From: a virus
IMG/VR virus record: IMGVR_UViG_3300045988_173701
Span: 1-38,000 of that record
Reading direction: 5' to 3' (one strand)
DNA length: 38,000 nt
Part shown: positions 36,066 through 38,000 of the stretch, one piece after another
Position numbering within the stretch: position 1 is the stretch's first letter
Layout of the letters: every line of letters starts with the position of its first letter
Position numbers and translations under genes: made by a program
Notes under the pieces: generated by a model
What the model was told of the DNA's origin: nothing
Databases searched by the model: none
Seen by the model: only the letters and a program-made list of their open reading frames with translations

Positions 36066-36880
36066 TGGGAAACAGTGGAGCTTTTGAGCTTGTTACAGGA
36101 CATGGCGCTGAGCCTCATGTTGATGCCGACGATCATGCTTTGCTTTATGCGTCCTTTATAGGTTCAGGTGTATATCGTTTAACCGGGGTCAAGACAGCAG
36201 AAATCGAAGTTACCTCAGAAAATGAGGTAACTATAAGTCCTGGTATGTTTCTTATTCACGGTCGATTTGCACGTGTTAAAGATCCTATTTCGTTATCAAT
36301 TGAGACTGGCTCACAAGGACAAAACAGAAACGATCTTGTAGTTTGTGAATATTCTTATTCTGGAAATGAAACCGAAATCGACGATATGGAACTGGTAGTA
36401 GTTACGGGAACTCCTGCTAATCCTGGATCAGAAACAGATCCGTCAATTGAGGACGATTTAACCTTGTTCGATATTGAGTACGGCGGAAGTATTACCGATG
36501 AAACAATCATTCAAGTTCCACTTTGGAGGGTGCCAAAAGAAGGATTAACGACACAAGATCCAGTTGCATTATTTAAGGATTATGTTGATGCAACTACCGC
36601 CAGGGATTCTATATCCCATATTCAGGTACGCACCAGGAGAAACGTCAGCTTTAATGTAACCAGCACAGCATCGCAATCAGTCACTAGTATTAGTGGCTTT
36701 GAGGACATTGATCCTGATTCTATTGTTGCGTTTATTCCTACGCTTTCAGCCTGTTCCGTATCTTCCGTAAACGCTGCTGCTCTATGGAATACCGATAACG
36801 GACACAACGACTTGCAGCTTGTTACATCGCAAGCTCAGACCATTAAGGTTAATTTGACTGTGGTTTATACCATTGATTAA
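36065..36880 (+). CDS. Receptor-binding protein: 180-aa constant N-terminus (36065-36605) fused to variable cassette A (36606-36880)
   Basis: The ORF reads through site S1 (encoding DSISH) into segment 1. Its stop TAA lies in the extended flank of site S2. Start is coupled to the upstream stop (TAATG). Confidence 0.7.
   Translation: MGNSGAFELVTGHGAEPHVDADDHALLYASFIGSGVYRLTGVKTAEIEVTSENEVTISPGMFLIHGRFARVKDPISLSIETGSQGQNRNDLVVCEYSYSGNETEIDDMELVVVTGTPANPGSETDPSIEDDLTLFDIEYGGSITDETIIQVPLWRVPKEGLTTQDPVALFKDYVDATTARDSISHIQVRTRRNVSFNVTSTASQSVTSISGFEDIDPDSIVAFIPTLSACSVSSVNAAALWNTDNGHNDLQLVTSQAQTIKVNLTVVYTID
36606..36617 (-). repeat. Recombination site S1 (ATTCTATATCCC on the + strand) at the constant/variable junction
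   Basis: The terminal inverted identity starts here. The core is translated as S-I-S. Confidence 0.75.
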
Positions 36881-36886
36881 GTGAGA

Positions 36887-36900
36887 GCATTCTATATCCC
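36887..36900 (-). repeat. Recombination site S2 (GCATTCTATATCCC) with 23-nt extended flank at 36864-36886
   Basis: 36864-36900 is the reverse complement of 37964-38000. Confidence 0.75.
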
Positions 36901-37148
36901 ATCAAACATACGTTATCGATAAAACAATTATCGAGGCAAATGGCGCTTACAATCTAGCAAACAGAGAGTGGCCTGTTCCATTTGTAGATCTTTGGGGAGT
37001 TTGGGCACAAGTAACTAATGCGCGCGTTCAGGTCGAAATAAGAAACGTTACAAACACAGGGTTCGATGTAGGCATCAGAAATGTAACAAATGCTAATGCT
37101 TCTTTTGACAACGAAAAAATATCCATTCATGGATTGGGGCTTATCTAG
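36888..37148 (+). other. Silent cassette B (86 codons, no start codon) read in the site frame: HSISHQTYVIDKTIIEANGAYNLANREWPVPFVDLWGVWAQVTNARVQVEIRNVTNTGFDVGIRNVTNANASFDNEKISIHGLGLI
   Basis: Translated by hand from S2. Open until TAG at 37146-37148, immediately before S3. Not in the ORF track because it has no ATG, GTG or TTG start. Confidence 0.65.
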
Positions 37149-37409
37149 TTTTCTATATCCCATAAAATCGTAAACGTAAACGAAACAATTGCATCACATG
37201 GACAAGTGTTTGTTACTCTTGAAAACATCGAAGGATATACTTGCGTATCTTGCATGTTTGACGGCACGTCTACCGATAGTCTTGCTTTTAGTGTCAGTGC
37301 TCCAATGCACAGTCCTAATTCTGGATTAACATACACTCGAATAATTAATTTGATGAGTGGTCAAATCACCGTCGAAGGGACAATAACTGCTGTTTATATG
37401 CGAATTTAG
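37149..37409 (+). other. Silent cassette C, read through S3 as FSISHKIVNVNETIASHGQVF... and ending ...ITAVYMRI (covers ORF 37206-37409)
   Basis: Same relative frame to the site as cassettes A and B. Stop TAG at 37407-37409 lies in the S4 flank. Confidence 0.65.
37151..37161 (-). repeat. Recombination site S3 (degenerate: TTCTATATCCC preceded by TT rather than GCA)
   Basis: Core match at a cassette boundary. Confidence 0.5.
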
Positions 37410-37422
37410 CATTCTATATCCC
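37409..37422 (-). repeat. Recombination site S4 (GCATTCTATATCCC)
   Basis: Exact core. Confidence 0.75.
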
Positions 37423-37679
37423 AGTTTTATCAGACCGAAAAGCAAACGGTTTTGATGAATGGCACAAGCAATAATTTATTTACCTTTGATCTTGATATTC
37501 CGCCAGGATATACGGCATGCGCATTGCAGTATTTAAGCGTGGCAAGCGCAAATGCTGCATGCGTTATCAGCTCATACCGTTTAGCTGATAGCCAATTAAA
37601 AATTAACGTTAGAAACACAAGTGGCGCTCAAATAACCGCCGAAGTCGAAGCATCTATTTTATGCTTGAAGCTCAATTAA
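37410..37679 (+). other. Silent cassette D: HSISQFYQTEKQTVLMNGTSNNLF ... LCLKLN (covers ORF 37452-37679)
   Basis: In frame with the site. Lies tail-to-tail with cassette E with no site between them. Confidence 0.65.
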
Positions 37680-37976
37680 CTAGCTAAGCGGAATACGCAT
37701 GTTGCCGTTGTAGTGATATGTGCCGCTAGTGTTGTGCTTGCATACTACCTGACCACTATCGTTAACCCATAAAACACCTGTATGGTCTGCATCTGATGCA
37801 CAGAGAGACATACAGGCTTTATGTTGTGGAGGTTTATCGAGAGTGCCCAGTGTCCATGTATTTTCATTGCGCATGATCATGTCGTAAACGCTGATCTCGA
37901 CCGTATTATCGGGATAGTAGTAAAGCGTGCAGCCTTCTTCGATCTGTTCAGTTTTAATTGGTTGGGATATAGAATG
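37680..37976 (-). other. Silent cassette E on the minus strand, read from S5 as HSISQPIKTEQIEEGCTLYYYPDNTVEISVYDMIMRNENTW ... RIPLS (covers ORF 37680-37880)
   Basis: Translated by hand from the mirror copy (25-321). Same site frame. Confidence 0.65.
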
Positions 37977-37977
37977 C
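37964..37977 (+). repeat. Recombination site S5 (GGGATATAGAATGC), the only site in opposite orientation to S1-S4; extended flank runs to the window end
   Basis: Exact core, followed by TCTCACTTAATCAATGGTATAAA, which is the inverse of the S2 flank. Confidence 0.75.
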
Positions 37978-38000
37978 TCTCACTTAATCAATGGTATAAA

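Noticed and set aside
36622-36807. Minus-strand ORFs inside segments 1-3 (36622-36807, 36954-37163, 37145-37336, 37430-37618) and their mirrors in 1-1400
   Set aside because: They are antisense to the in-frame cassettes A-D and do not read from a recombination site in the shared site frame. They are most likely chance ORFs. Only E (37680-37976, minus strand) behaves as a cassette on that strand.
36606-37977. The short regularly spaced repeats as a CRISPR array
   Set aside because: The repeats are only 12-14 bp. They occur in both orientations and sit about 260 bp apart. The spacers between them are protein-coding in a fixed frame. So these are recombination sites, not CRISPR repeats.
1-38000. 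Ends of the window as a simple circular wrap-around
   Set aside because: A wrap would give a direct terminal repeat. Here the repeat is inverted and bounded by recombination sites. The outermost 23 nt do not match the recombinase-side flank, so a simple model in which 38000 is followed by 1396 does not fit exactly.

Overview
The window reads as an essentially complete temperate siphovirus genome of a Gram-positive (monoderm) host, in its excised or circular arrangement. Supporting this are the lysis gene order (holins, an amidase plus SH3b endolysin) and a lysis cassette that runs directly into an attP-like partial tRNA 3' end and a minus-strand integrase. From about 1400 to 36600 the genome is colinear and conventional. 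It runs from Rci-like recombinase, holins/endolysin, attP and integrase through a minus-strand block of candidate accessory genes next to the repressor (Abi_2, a GHKL ATPase and two membrane proteins) to the cI/cro switch and early genes. It then continues with a second integrase cassette, replication genes (replisome organiser, DnaC-like loader, SNF2-methyltransferase fusion, DnaN-like clamp with an in-frame TAG, dUTPase), an ArpU-like late regulator and HNH with TerS/TerL. After that come portal, ClpP protease, HK97-like capsid and connectors, the tail genes up to the tape measure and a tail tip (Dit/Tal) ending in a small receptor-binding protein.

The main result is at both window edges. 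The first 1395 nt are an exact reverse-complement copy of the last 1395 nt (36606-38000). Both identity boundaries fall inside a short conserved recombination site (core GGGATATAGAAT[GC]) that occurs five times per copy. These sites split the region into four segments carrying five alternative C-terminal cassettes of about 85-100 aa. Every cassette is read in the same frame straight through a site, with the site itself translated as (H/D)SIS(H/Q). This places each one in frame with the 180-aa constant N-terminus of the receptor-binding protein (36065-36605). A small tyrosine recombinase (1408-2337) lies beside the cassette set. Together this looks like an R64 Rci/sfx-type shufflon (asymmetric sites, inversion only) attached to a phage receptor-binding head domain. 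The window shows both the A-expressing and the E-expressing arrangement.

Several smaller observations are also recorded. A 42-bp perfect direct repeat follows both the Abi_2 gene and the GHKL gene. The 3' end of cI is duplicated about 50 bp downstream, marking a moron (inserted accessory gene) insertion. A third tyrosine recombinase sits inside the early region. The tail chaperone pair has a -1 frameshift site (A_AAA_AAA) upstream of the tape measure. The ClpP prohead protease carries a long poly-acidic tail. No CRISPR array, rRNA or complete tRNA was seen.
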